A DNA stretch of 64,000 nucleotides from Eledone cirrhosa (GCA_964016885.1 OZ024740.1:103912001-103976000), one strand, 5' to 3'. Positions 38,260-51,803 are shown, counted from the first letter of the stretch. Numbers and translations: made by a program. Notes: generated from the letters alone by a model not told the origin.

Positions 38260-39572
38260 TACAAATTTTTCTGGGTGGGAAATGACATCGGAAGGTGGGG
38301 AGTAGGTATCTTATTAGCTAACAAATGGGTAGATAAGGTAATCTCCGTAAAAAGAGTGAACATGAGAATCATGAAACTCAGACTAGTTCTAAATAGAACA
38401 ATGACCACAATTATATCTGCATACACACCCCAATCTGGTCTGAGAGATGAATTCAAAGATAGGTTTTACGAATCCCTAATGCATACTATTGTGTTAACAA
38501 ATGACAGTGACTTACTAATCATCATGGGGACTTTAATGGATACGTTGGGAAACACTGTGATGGCTTCTACAGAATCCATAGAGGCTATGGGTTTGGCACA
38601 AAAAATAAAGAAAGTTTTAGGCTCGTAGAATTCTGTGATGCCAATGACCTATGAATATGTAACACAAACTCAAAAAAACCCGACAACCACCTGTAGATCT
38701 GGTGATTATGCTAGCCAGATAGATTTTATCCTTACCAGAGGACAAGATATAGTGTTGGCGTAAACACAAAATCCTTCCCTGGTAAGGAATGCACCTCACA
38801 ACATAACCTGGTAGTTAGCAACTTCACTGTCAGAGTTAGACAAACCTGGAGACAGAGGGCAACCTGGAGGAGAAGGATATGGAAGCTAAAAGATCCCTCA
38901 GCCAGTAACAGATTTAGAAATATTTTGCATGATGCCTATGACAGTAAAGAAGAACAGATACAGACATTCAATATAGAAGAGCATTGAGAGTTTCTGAAAG
39001 ATAATCTATGGAAGGCAACAGACGAGATCTGTGGATAGAACAGGGCTACAAAGAGAAGGAGAATGCCTTGGTGGTGGAACAATGAGGTAGATGTGACAAT
39101 TAAGGTGATGAGACAGGCATGGAAAATTTGGAAGAACATAGATGCCAAAAGGGAAGCTAGACAACAAGTATACTTAGCAAGGAGGGAAGCAGTGGATAAA
39201 AAATTCAAGCATGTTCTGCAGTGTGATGACCAGAAGTAAGCCACTCTACCTAGCATTTGTTGATCTGGAGAAAACATTTGACAGAGTGCTGTGTGCCATA
39301 ATCTGGTGGGCTCTTAGAAAACTAGGACTAGATGAGTGGCTTGTGAAGGCTGTACAAGTCATGTATAAGGGAGCAGTGAGCAAAGTTAGGATTAACAATG
39401 ACTATAGAAAGGAATTTAGTGTACAGATTGGCGTCTACCAGAGCTTTGTTCTTAGCCCTCTCCTGTTTATTATCATACTGCAGACTATAACAGAGGAGTT
39501 TAAGAATGGCTGCCCTTGGAACTCCTGTATGTGGATGATCTTACATTCATAACAGAGTCTATAGTGGAACTA
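38260..39572 (+). mobile_element. RTE LINE fragment with internal deletion
   Basis: Endonuclease GVGILLANKWVD and ISAYTPQ, then a jump near 39233 to SKPLYLAFVDLEK...LLYVDDL. Confidence 0.88.
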
Positions 39573-39575
39573 AAA

Positions 39576-39608
<33 letters not shown>

Positions 39609-39649
39609 CCCTTGCAAGCAAGGAAAAGCGGACGGAAAATGATGATATA

Positions 39650-40352
39650 TGTAAAATCCCTGATCAGCAAAACTTACCCCTTTAAGAAAACCCACTGTAC
39701 TAATAAGAAATGTGTTATATGTAGAATAAACCCACAAATAAATTGTCAAACAAGAAATGTAGTCTATAGCATAAGATGTACAGAGGGTACTTGCAGAAAT
39801 ATGACAGTGACATACATAGAAGAGACATAGGGGAGAGGATACACTAACACTGTGGTGAACTAAAAGGACAAAAAGACAGTTCAGTATTATATGAACACGC
39901 CAGACTAAGACATGGTGGTAAAATAGACAACATAGAAATTAAAATAATATCTAAACATAGAAATGCCTCAGCAGGTAAACAAATTAGGGAAGCAACTAAA
40001 ATAGAACTAAGAAAACCGAAGTTAAACAGAAAAAAATGAATGGAATAACAGCATCATCAATCATACACAAACACAGAATAGTGACCTAAGATAAATATAA
40101 ATAAATATAAATAAATATAAACAGGTACAATAACAACAACCACACAAAAACATACATTAGTTACCAAAGATTGAATACAAACACAGACACGAACACACAC
40201 CAAACAGAAAACACACACAGACGCATGCACAAACAGACGACAATAAATAAATAAATAAAAAATAGAATAAGTAAACATTACAATACAACGGGAGGAAACA
40301 TAATACAATCATTGATTATGTCACAGGTGTGTGACAAAAGAACTGAGAGACT
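39650..40352 (+). mobile_element. Penelope-like element 3' fragment: GIY-YIG endonuclease plus 3' UTR with decayed hammerhead
   Basis: CTNKKCVIC..NVVYSIRC...TYIEET...REA..I....PKLN. At 40312-40350, ttgatta-t-gtcaca-ggtg-tgtgac-aaaa-gaac-tg. Confidence 0.78.
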
Positions 40353-40366
40353 ATATATATATATAT

Positions 40367-40745
40367 ATCATCATCATCATCATTTTACGTCCACTTTTCC
40401 CTGCTTGCAAGGGTGGGACGGGAACTGATTCTGGCTTGATTTCTACAGCTGGATGCCTTTCCTAACACCAACCTCATTTACAGTGAGTGCTGGGTGCTTT
40501 TTTTCCGTGGCAGCTACACGTCCACTTTACAGTGTGGGCTAGGTGCTTTTTTGCTGTGGCACCTCCTCCACGACCACTTTGCAGTGGAATGATAGGGACC
40601 CCAGTCCCTATCATCTCATTTCTACAGCTGAGTAAACTGGAGCAATGTGAAATAAAGTGTCTTGCTCAAGGAAACAACATCACCCGGTCTGAGAATTGAA
40701 CTCAACCTTTCGATTGCAAGGACAATGCTCTAACCACTAAGCCAT
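40367..40745 (-). mobile_element. tRNA-head SINE with RTE-derived tail
   Basis: Reverse-complement homolog of 54855-55222. Confidence 0.85.
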
Positions 40746-41016
40746 ATATTGTTATACTTTGGGAGGGTCATACTGCCCATAAAAACACACGCACCTATTG
40801 GTTTTCACTTCAATTTATTATAAATTTCCGGTTGGCTGGTTGTTTATATATTGTCAAAGCTTTTTTGTCACACATTCTGTGACCTCCTCAGTGACTGCGT
40901 TTTTATTTTGTGTCTCTCCTTTGCTGTTCTACACAATCTTGTAATAAATTGAAGTGAAAACCAACAGGTGCATGTGTTTTTATTGGCACCATGACACTCC
41001 CAAAGTATAACAATAT
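40746..41016. mobile_element. MITE with ~75-bp terminal inverted repeats
   Basis: 40746-40820 vs 40942-41016 (atattgttatactttgggag... / ...ctcccaaagtataacaatat). Confidence 0.8.
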
Positions 41017-41079
41017 CTGTTTCAACAAACGTTTTCAGATAGGAAATCTTGCAAAACAAATTCAAAAACAAAGTATACA

Positions 41080-41708
41080 CCTTAACTATAATAAAAAAAG
41101 GAGTGTGGGACTGCATCCAGAATATATTTTTTTTACCCCGTTTGTAAAATAAGTTGGATTACTTTGAATAAATAATTGTTTCTACTTTTGGCACAAGGCC
41201 AGCAATTTCACCAGTGCATTACTGGTACTTTATTTTAACGACCCCGTAAGGATGAAAGGCAAAGTTAACCTCAGCGGGATTTGAACTCAGAATGGCAAGG
41301 ACTGTAATGAATGAATATTACATAATTTATGTGCTAAATTTTGTGGCTGTTGATTAAATATATTTTATAGCTTATTTAAAGATTTACTTCTTTAAAATTT
41401 TCAAATGTCAACACTTCCAGTTAGCGGCCGTTATATTATAACACTTATAAAAATATCCCATATATTTCCGTCGATTATTTTCTCCTAATGCAGTTTATAT
41501 ATAATATCGTCTTTTTTTAAATGTATCATGGATTACTTTACTGATTGCAGAAGACAGTTTAACATAGACTTCGTTCAATTTCTGTGTATATTGTCAATTA
41601 CGGTTTTATTTGATGTATCATATCTACATGCATACATATTTGTGTATGATATTAATATACACACTAGACATGCGAGCAGAAAACCACGAAGGGTGGTTTT
41701 TCTGCTAG
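41080..41708 (+). mobile_element. Non-autonomous Helitron, copy 2, with nested SINE fragment (~41176-41306)
   Basis: Same body and 3' hairpin+CTAG as 36858-37327. The insert matches 63716-63845. Confidence 0.75.
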
Positions 41709-41982
41709 TATATATAACTGTTGGTTAATCAATGATAAACATTTATTTCCAGCTAAATTAACTATAGGGATATACAATGTAAGGAAGCGAAAACCAACCC
41801 AAATCAAACAGTGAGTGCGTTTTATTATATATTTCTGGCAATATTATAACAATATGACCCTCTCCAAATATAACAATATATATATATATATATATATATA
41901 TGTATAGATATATATATTGTTATTGTGTGTATATATAATATGTATGTATATATATATATATAATAAATAAATAAAAAAATAA

Positions 41983-42015
<33 letters not shown>

Positions 42016-42420
42016 TACATACATATTATATATACACACAAACACAAATAGTCTCATTGTCTGGATATGGTGAATGGGGAAAAACAGCAATCACCTAAGT
42101 CCTCACAGTTTTAAGTCTAAAATTTCCCTTTAGGGGAATTCAGATCAATAAAAAGCAAGCAAGCGAGGGAGACAACTCATGTAGCCTCGGCTGATCTATG
42201 ATTTTTTAGAACAATGTAAGACAATGTAGTGAGAGTGGACCTTGTCTCGAAGTCAACAAACATGTTTCAATCTTATCAGATCTCCTCAACATAGCATATT
42301 CACTTTTCAAGTTGGCATGCATGAGAATGATCAAATATAGATGTAGGAAAGAAGTAATATTGATAAAAGCAAAGCAATGTATGTATGTATGTAGGTCTCA
42401 CACACACACATATATATATT

Positions 42421-43280
42421 TAAGACTGGATGCCCACGGGAACTTCTCTATGCTGATGATCTGGTTCTTATAGCAGAATCAGTAGAGGAGCTAGAGAATA
42501 AATTCTGGCTATAGAAACAGCAGTTGGAATCAAGAGGTCTGAGAGTGAACAAAGCTAAGACAAAAGTGTTGATAAGTAGAAGAGAGGACAATACTCTCAT
42601 TCCATCAGGGAAATGGTCATGTTCGATATGTAGGAAAGGGACTGGCATAAATTCCATAAAATGTACGCAATGCAGATCTTGGGTATACAAGAGATGTAGT
42701 GGGATAGCAGGCAAACTAACAGGTAGGGAAAACTACATATGCAGTAGATGTACAGGGAAAGTTGGCAGTAGTAATCGCAGTGATAGACACATTTTTCCAA
42801 TGCAGGTGGGTTCTATAAAAGTGGCTGATAGCTTCCGGTACCTAGGTGATCAGATTAGTATGGGAAGGGGGTGTTCCGAGGCCATAGTATCTGGAAGAAG
42901 AACGGGTTGGAAGAAGTTTAGGGGGCTGCTTCCTGCAGCATGGTAGTGATCATGGGCAGCAACTGCAGAAGATATGCGACGGCTGGAGAGAAATGAAGCA
43001 AGTATGCTACGTTGGATGTGCAATGTCAATGTGCGTGAACGACCAAGGATAGATGAGCTGAGAAAGAAACTGGGTATAAGAGGGATAACTTCTGGTGTGC
43101 AGGAGAGAAGGCTGAGATGGTATGGACATGTGATGTGCATGGAGGATGACCGCTGGGTTAAGAAGTGCCAAGAAATCCCAGTAGAAGGAAGACGCAGTAG
43201 AGGTAGACCACGAAAAACAAGGGCGGAGGTGGTGAGAGCAGACCTCAGATCGCTGAAACTCACCGAGGAAGACCTGAGGA
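42421..43280 (+). mobile_element. RTE LINE 3' fragment
   Basis: [19 protein letters not shown] and GRPRKT motifs; same subfamily as 13910-15620. Confidence 0.9.
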
Positions 43281-43358
43281 TTTCTCCCGAATGAAACAGT
43301 TCTAGTCCTGTAGAAGCCATTTCCATATTAAATATAAATATATAAATATACACACACA

Positions 43359-46141
43359 CATGCTGACGCACGTGCACAAGTATAGCTCTTTTTACAAAAC
43401 GTGTTTTTTTCCATTTCAGGTAGACATGCTCCATCATCCACTTTTCTAAAAAATAAATCATACACAAAATGCCAGCACCAACAGTTTTGCAAGAGATGTC
43501 AACATGAATGGACCTGTTATTTTTATCTAAAAATATTTTTCCAATTCCAACCCGCCCGTCCCCTCAATCTATCTTATTTCTCATTCTCTCCTCTGATGAA
43601 GGTCTAGCATCCAAAACGTTAAGACCCTCTTCCTGCTATATCAAGTGTTAACCTAATATATACCTTCCATATACTGTACCGATTGTGTTGTTATTTCTGT
43701 TTACCAGTTCAGCACCCTCGACTCCTTTGTCGATACTTGCCGGCGTACTGTGAATCGGTTCCGTTTCCACCAGCATTCTCGTTGCTCTAACATCACGCGA
43801 ACTGAGCTCTTCGCAACCTTTGGTGTCGTAATGACATTGTCATCAAACCCGCTGACAAAGGTGGCACTGTGGTGGTTTGGAGCACCACTGACCTCTATAG
43901 GGCTGAGGGTCTCCGCCTGCTTCACAATACCCTTTTTTACCGCCCTTTGTCCTCCGACCCCACTCCTGGCTATCAACAACTCGTGTCCTTCACCATCCAC
44001 GAGCTCATCTCCTCCTCTCACCTACCCCCCACAGCCACCAACCTTATTGTACGCACCCCTCGCACACGCACCATCTACTTTCTCCCCAAAATACACAAAC
44101 AAAATAATCCTGGCCGTCCTATCGTTGTGCGTGCAACTGCCCGACTGAGATAATTTCGGCAATCTCCCCTTAGACTTTTCAACTCTTTCTCCTTCCCTCC
44201 TGGTACCTCTCGCCTTCTCTTTACCCTGGACATCACTTCTCTCTATACCGTCATCCCTCACGATGATGGCCTTTGCGCTCTCCAGCATTTATTAGATTTC
44301 CGCCCTACCCCTTAACCCAGCACTACTACCCTTCTCCGTCTGGCTGAGCTTGTTCTCACCCATAATAGATTTTCTTTTTCAGGTGAATTTTACCAGCAAG
44401 TCTCTGGGGAAGCGATGGGAACAGAATGGGTCCAAACTATGCCAACTTGTTTGTTTGCTACGCCAAAGCCCAGATCTTCTCCCAGTACGCTGGACCGACT
44501 CCTGAGCTATACAGTCGTTATATCAACAACTGTATCGGCGCCACCTCTCTATCACAAGAACAGCTCGACTGTTTTCTTTCTTTTGTCCAATTTTCCATCC
44601 TGCTCTCAATTTCACCGCCTCCGTCTCTGATTTTTCTGTCACTTTTCTAGACATCTCTCTATCTATTAATCCCTCTCACCACACCCTCTCTACTTCCATC
44701 TACATTAAACCAACAGACTCCCAATCTTATCTCGACTTCACCTCCTCCCATCCAACCTACACCAAACACTCCATAGCCTATTCCCAATTCCTCCATCTTC
44801 ATCAACTCTGTAGCCAGGACAACGATTTCAAAACCCATTCTCTACGCATAGCTTCCTGCTTCCTCCAGCGTGGATATCCCCCCACCTTGATCCAAGCTGC
44901 TCTCACCCGCGCCTGTGAAACAGACCGCACCACAGCCCTCTTACCTCATCCCCGCCCTCCCAACACCCGTGTTCCTTTCCCTCTCACCTACCACCCCATC
45001 ACTCTACCACTCTGGCAACATACCCTCCGTTCCTTCCGTATCCTCTCTTCTGATCCCGTCACTTCTCACTTTTTTCCAAACCCACCCATTACTGCTTTTA
45101 AGCATGCCCGAAACCTCCGCGACCTCCTGGTTCGCAGTTCTTTTTCGTCCTCTCCTACGACTCCACCCGGCTCTCATCCTTGTTCCCGTTCCCACTGCAA
45201 CCCTTGTCCCTTTATTTCCACCTTCACCACTCTTACAGGCCTTAACGGGACTTTCTGTATCCGCCATTCGTTCACCTGCACATCCACCCACGTTGTCTAT
45301 GCCCTCCGGTGTTCCCTTTGTGGGTCTTTATATATCGGACAAACGGGACGCTGTACGGCGGACTGTTTTGCCGAACATCTGAGGGACATACGACTCGGTT
45401 TGGATACTCCTGTCGCCCGTCATTTCTGTTCTCCTGGTCATTCTTCCCTACATGTTTCAGTCCTGGGTGTCCTTTTACATCATGGATCACAGGCCTCACA
45501 CACCAGGACTGAACAAAGTCTGATTCACCGTCTTGGGTTCTATTCCCCTCTTTGACTCAACTCACCTCCCTAATTTCTCTAATACCCCGTCCATTATCAC
45601 ACCCCTAGATTCCTATTATTTTCTCTTGATCATTAGCAGCTTCTCTTACTACTAATACATGCCGATACACACCCTTATATTAACATACTTTTGCTCATAG
45701 CTTTGTACTTACATGCACACACACACACATTTACTCACATATACACATACATTTCTTTTTGGCTTCGTACGGACCTATAATAACACACACACAAACTCAT
45801 GCTTACGCACGTGCTCAAGTATAGCTCTTTTTACAAAACGTTTTTTTTTTCCATTTCAGGTAGACGCGCGCCATCATCCACTTTTCTAAAAATCAAATCA
45901 TACACAAAACGCCAGCACCAACAGTTTTGCAAGAGATGTAAATGGATCTGTTATTTTTATCTAAAGACATTTTTTCCAATTCCATCCCCGCCCGTCCCCT
46001 CAATCTATTTTATTTCTCATTCTTTCTTCTGATGAAGGACTAGAATCCGAAACGTTAAGACCCTCTTCCTGCTATATCAAGTGTTAACCTAATATATACC
46101 TTCCATATACTGTACCAATTGTGTTGTTATTTCTATTTACC
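43359..46141 (+). mobile_element. Penelope-like retroelement (RT + GIY-YIG) bounded by ~345-bp direct pLTR repeats
   Basis: Repeats at 43359-43705 and 45798-46141. IKPADKGG, LPKIHK..PGRPIV, LDITSLYT, GEAMG..MGPNYANLF, RYINN (decayed YIDD), C-x4-C-x2-C linker and VVYALRC...LYIGQTGR motifs, with frameshifts. Confidence 0.93.
46025..46060 (+). ncRNA. Minimal type I hammerhead in the 3' pLTR (5' pLTR copy at ~43589-43624 is mutated)
   Basis: TCTT-CTGATGA-A-GGA-ctagaa-TCC-GAAA-CG-TT-AAGA. The 5' copy has AAAA in place of GAAA. Confidence 0.75.
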
Positions 46142-46443
46142 TTTTACATACATACATATATATATCCCTTGCTAGCAGAGAAAGACGACATTAATGATAT
46201 ATATTCTAAAAAGTAACAAGTATTACACATCTGATGAATGACCCACAGATGGGGAACTCTTCATGTTTGGATTTATTTGCTTATGGATATGTGGAGGTTA
46301 TTATATATGTGTGTGTGTGTATACATACACACATTTGTATAGACATTTTCTCCTTTCTATGTGTGCACATGAGTAGATGTATCCATATGGATGTATTTGA
46401 GTGTATGTATTATGTATGGATATGGGTGTTTATATGCATAAAG

Positions 46444-46503
<60 letters not shown>

Positions 46504-46809
46504 GTGTATGTATGGGTATGAATGAGTTTTTTTATTGTCATGAACACAGGTGTATTAATGCATCTCTATGCCTGTATGAATGCATGTTTGTGAGTGTGTG
46601 TGAGTATATATATGTGTGCATGTTTCTTTGTAGATGAGTAAATGCAAGTATATGCCTCAATGTGTATATGTGAACCATAACTATGTGGGCTTACATACAT
46701 GCACAGTTGTGTGTATACAAGAATGCTTATATATGTGCAAGTATGCAAGTGGAACCCAGGTGCATTTGTACATATATTCTGTGTATATTGTTGTATCTTT
46801 TGAGAGAGT

Positions 46810-47105
46810 ACATGGCTTAGTGGTTGGGGTATTAGTCTCATTATAGTAACATCCTTTGTTCAATTTCCAGTGGTGCCTTGTGTCCTTGATCAAGGCTATT
46901 TTATTCCACATTGCTCAAGTCAACTCAGCAGGAAAAAAATGAGTTGTACCTGTAATTCAGAAAGCCAACCATGTCACATACTGTGTCACATTGAGAATCA
47001 TGTTATGAGTACACATCTATGGAATGCTTGAGCACTTGCATGCTAATTTCATGAGCAGGCTGTTCCAATAATCAAACAATTGGAATACACATTGTCGTAA
47101 CTGAC
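46810..47105 (+). mobile_element. tRNA-head SINE (a further degenerate copy at ~62335-62630)
   Basis: catggcttagtggtt head and tgtgtccttga.caag core. Confidence 0.7.
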
Positions 47106-47416
47106 AGAGGTTCAGTACATACATAGTGTATCTTTTAACTCTTTGGAATGGGCACACATTTGTGCATGCCACTATATACGTACATGTGTGTGTGTGTATG
47201 TATATATGTGTACATGTATGTGTGTGTATGTGTATATATATATATATATATATTAGGAAGGGCATCCAGCCGTAGAAAACCTGCCAGATAGTCCTATATG
47301 AGTGAGACACGGTCACCCGACCAATCTTGCCTCAAGTGGAACAACTCCCATCTAACCCATGCTAGCATGGAAGACAGACGTTAAATGATGATGATGATAT
47401 ATTACTACTACTACTA

Positions 47417-47606
47417 GGGCGGTGAATTGGCAGTATCGGTAGAGGGTTGGACGCCATACTTTCTAGCATAGTTACTTCCCTTTACGGTCTGAGTTCAAAT
47501 CCCGTTGAAGTTAACTTTGCCTTTCATCCTTACAGGGTCGATAAAATCAAGTACCAGTAATGTACTGGTAAATTGCTGGTGTTGTGCCAAAAGTAGAAAC
47601 AATTAT
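47417..47606 (+). mobile_element. Second SINE family with (TAT/TAC)n tail; minus copy at 63716-63898 and degenerate copies at 23700-24060 and 25680-25900
   Basis: ggcggtgaattggcag head, B-box gagttcaaatccc, body ttaactttgcctttcatcct...gtcgataaaat. Confidence 0.8.
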
Positions 47607-47888
47607 TACTACTACTATTATTATCATCATAATGTTTTTATGCTGGCATTGAATGGATGGGTTGGGCTGGTCTGAGACTAGACCTTTTGGGGGACCATGT
47701 CTTGTTGATACATAGCATTATTGTCATAATTTCTACAGCTAGATGCCCTTCCTAAGGCAGGCCATTTTACAGAGTGTACTGGGTGCATTTTATCATGGCA
47801 CTAACACTACAACTTTACAGAATGTATTGGATGTATTTTATCGCCTATATCTATATGTACACATTTATATGTATGTTTATATATATAT

Positions 47889-48620
47889 AAATGGAAAAAA
47901 TGAAACAAAATTTCAATTCTCACTCTTAGTACGGCTGTTACTTAAATATAAGTATGTATACGTACATACATATATGTATACAGACGTACAGTAGTATGTA
48001 TATATATATATACATACATGCACACATATATATATATATATGTACGTATGGATTTACCAAACATTTATTATAATGCTCGGTTTGTTTGTAAACAAACATA
48101 CATGTTTGTTTACAACATGTATGTATGTATATATATACATACTACTGTACGTATGTATACATATATGTATGTACATATAGATACTTATATTTAAGTAACA
48201 GCCGTACTAAAGTGAGAAATGAAATTTTGTTTCATTTTTTCCATTTATCGTTTTCGGTGTGCCCGGCCGATTAACTCACTCGATATGCAAATTAGGCTGC
48301 TCAGCCGTTAATATACATAAGGAAAGTATATACTTTTAGACGTTCAATCATCTGGCAGAAAGGTATACGGTGCTGACGATAGCTAATAAGCTTGAAACTA
48401 GTACATCGTTCCTTTGTCAGTGTTGAACAAAAGGGCAACGATGGTTGCTAAACACTGTACGGCTTAATTCAGGATGTTTGTTTACAAACAAACTGAGCAT
48501 TATAATAAATGTTCGGTAAATCCATACGTACATATATATATGTGTGCATGTATGTATATATATATACATACTACTGTACGTCTGTATACATATATGTATG
48601 TACGTATACATACTTATATG
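47889..48620 (+). mobile_element. Non-coding hammerhead-bearing element, ~429-bp period with inverted 5' copy
   Basis: 47889-48098 is inverted relative to 48120-48247 and 48475-48620. Direct-repeat offset 429 (48138/48567); hammerhead at 48367-48409. Confidence 0.75.
48367..48409 (+). ncRNA. Minimal type I hammerhead ribozyme
   Basis: ACGGTG-CTGACGA-T-AGCT-aata-AGCT-T-GAAA-CTAG-TA-CATCGT. Confidence 0.88.
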
Positions 48621-48656
48621 GAATAATTGCCTTATGTTGTTTATTACATAATAATA

Positions 48657-48690
<34 letters not shown>

Positions 48691-49659
48691 ATATATATGT
48701 ATTCTATAGCTGCACTATTTTATGCAGGTACTGGTATGCCACACATGCATCTGGTTACCTGCATGTGGACGTATATTTAGGTGAATGGATGCATGCGCCC
48801 TATGCTTACATGGGTGTTTTGTTTGAGATTATATACATACTCCTAATATAGACCTAGAACTTGGCAATCCTGATTATTCTAAAAATAATCTCCAACTTTC
48901 TCATTAAGTTGGTATTTCTTACATAAATTTATGATGAAAGATTTTTAGATAAACACTTTAAACAGTTTTATGTCATAAAACCAAGCCAGTTTCAGGTAGT
49001 TAAGTTGGTATCAAAAGGGTTAATACAGACTAATAACCAAACAATCACCAACAAAAACCCAAAATACAACAACCCTTTTTTTTTCACAACACAAACACAC
49101 ATACATTTAATGGCTATATGTAAATATTCAGAAAGTATACACCCTCTTCTTATTAATACATAACATTAATCTCACTGACTAATCAGAGATTACATCACAC
49201 ACAATTGCCTGTATTAAACATAAGAAAACGAGATTCCAAGCTGACGGACTGAAGAGGCATAGACAAAACTTTGAAGTCGCTGCCACCCATTTCTTAAAAG
49301 AAACAAAAAAACCTCATTCTCTACTTATATGTATTGAGTGTTCATTTAGGTGATGTTTAGACTGAACTAAATGACTGTGAAGCAAGCTTCTTAACCACAC
49401 AACCATACCTGTATTTATATATATATTTAAAAAAAGGAAAAGAATGACTTCACCTGTAGTTCTAAACAATTTGATTTAATTTTATATTTTAAAATATTAT
49501 GATTTGATAGAGTTGCAAAAGAATCTTAACATTTTGACTGTAAGTCCTTCACTGGAAGATAGAAATTGAAAGAGACAAGAAAGCATGTGTTGTTAGTCAG
49601 CCATCTTCTATGATTATATGTGTGTGTGTGTATATATATACATATAGATATGTATACAT

Positions 49660-49742
<83 letters not shown>

Positions 49743-49749
49743 TTCATAT

Positions 49750-51803
49750 ACATCATCATCACTTAACATCTATTTTCCATGCTAGCATGGGTTAGACAGG
49801 TTGTCCGTTTGAGGCAAGTTGGGTCAGGTGACCTTATCTTGCTCATACAGGACCGTTCCTAGCTTGGTTTCTATGGCTGGATGCCCTTCTTAATGCCAAA
49901 ACTACATTTGCAGTGTGCGCTGGGTGCTTTTTTTGTGACTCCTACACAACCACATTACAGTGTGGAATGGCTGCTTTTTGTTGTGACACCTATATGACCA
50001 CTTAATAGTGTGGGCTGGATGTTTTTTGTTGTGATACTAACTTTACAGTGTAAGGGTGGTGCGAACAGAAATGGGTGTTGAGGTACGGGAGGTGTATGGA
50101 GGAGGTGTCTACTAGATGTATGTTTCAGTCCATGTGCATAGGAATGTGGGTCCTCTGTATTACTGCATAACGCCAAAAATCTCGATCCTGTGTCATTGTC
50201 TTTAAGAGCCAAGAGAACGTTATGTGGACTGCAATGACAAAGCTGAGAACCAGTGTAAATGCATTCCAAATGTGTTTCAAGCAGTAGAAGGATCATAGGA
50301 CTAATTGTGTGGAGACACACAAGGCTTACTTTGAAGTGGATTAGCAAATCAATCCCAAGACGTACATAGTTCTTTTTTTTTTCCACCCAAGTTCAGATAC
50401 TTTTTTGACAGACTACATATATATGATGGTTGAATAGAAACAAGTCAAGAATGTTCTGACGACTATTTATTGTTAGTGCGCATAAACGTTGAAGCACAGA
50501 TGAGTGAGAGAAAATTTGGGCATAGAAGGAATCAAAGGAAGTGTGCAAGAGGAAAGACTGCACCAGTATGGACACATTTCATGATCAATCAGCTCAAGGT
50601 AAGATCAGTAGTGATCAGGCCTGGCTTTCAAGAATTCACAAGTCTGATGAGCTATTGATTCCAGAGTCAGGCCCATCACTACATATTTTACATTGAGCTG
50701 AATGCTCGTGAAACACGTGTCATGTTGGTGCCATGATAAATGGATTCAACCCAAACTGTAAAGTGGTTGTAGTGGTGCCACGATAAATGCACCCAGCCCT
50801 CTCTGTAAAGAGGTAGTGCTGGTGCCATGATAAAATGCACCTAATCCACCCTGTCAGGTGGTAGCACCAGTGTTCTGATAAAATACACCTGGTACATCCT
50901 CTGGCGTGGTTGTTATTGGGAAGGGCATTCAGCTGTAGAAACTATGCCAGAATAGCAAGATGCAGTAATCTGACCTGAATGGCCTTAGAATGTGATAACT
51001 TGTCTAACCCATTCTAGCACAGAAAATAAAATGATGATGATGATGTTCGTGAGTGTTTTGTGAGTTTTATATATAGGTAAACATAAAAGCAGGAAAACAT
51101 TAGCTGAGAAAGCATTCAATAAGTGTCTGTAGCATGTCATTTATTATTACAAGGGAGAGGTTGACATTCTAAATTTCGTTATTGGTTGGCTTCACCAGAT
51201 TGTGAGATTTGTAGCTAGGGGTGTTGCTTATATGTTTAAAGCTAGTGCGTGGGTGGAGTGTAACTGACTAAGATGTGAGTTGAGTTTATAAAAGCTACAG
51301 CTAGAAGCCTCAATTTGTTGAAATGTAAAAAATTCTAGTTAAGAAATATTTTAATTACGAATAGAATCTGCTTGTGATGAAATGGTGCCTAGAAGCTGGG
51401 GTGAACATATTTGCTGATAATCAAAATAATCATTTAGCTTAGTCTATTAAGCGTTTTATGCCCAACAAATGATAAGAGACACAATCACACACATATATAT
51501 GTGTGTGTTATGGTGGTACGACAAAACATCCAGCCCACACTGTAAAGTGGTCGCGTAGGTGTCACAACAAAAAGCACCTAGTCCACACTGTAAAATGGTC
51601 AAGTAGGCGACACGACAAAAAGCACCCAGCACACACTGTAAATGTGGTTGGCATTAGGAAAGGCATCCAGCCATAGAAAACCAGCCAGAAACAGTCCTAT
51701 ATGAGCGAAAAACAGTCACCTGACCAAACTTGCCTCAAATGGGACAAACATGTCTAACCCATGCTAGCGTGGAAGATAGACATTAAATGAAGATGATGAT
51801 GAT
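49750..51803. repeat. Cluster of RTE/SINE 3' modules in mixed orientation (49750-50060 -, 50715-51045 +, 51515-51803 +)
   Basis: Shared ttaggaagggcatccagc...catgctagc...(GAT)n and tandem gcacc/ctgtaaagtgg units. Confidence 0.75.

Noticed and set aside
46810-46880. tRNA genes
   Set aside because: A/B-box-like heads belong to SINEs and do not form a cloverleaf.
49240-49310. CTGAAGA followed by a GGCA/TGCC stem
   Set aside because: GAAA does not follow the stem; not a hammerhead.
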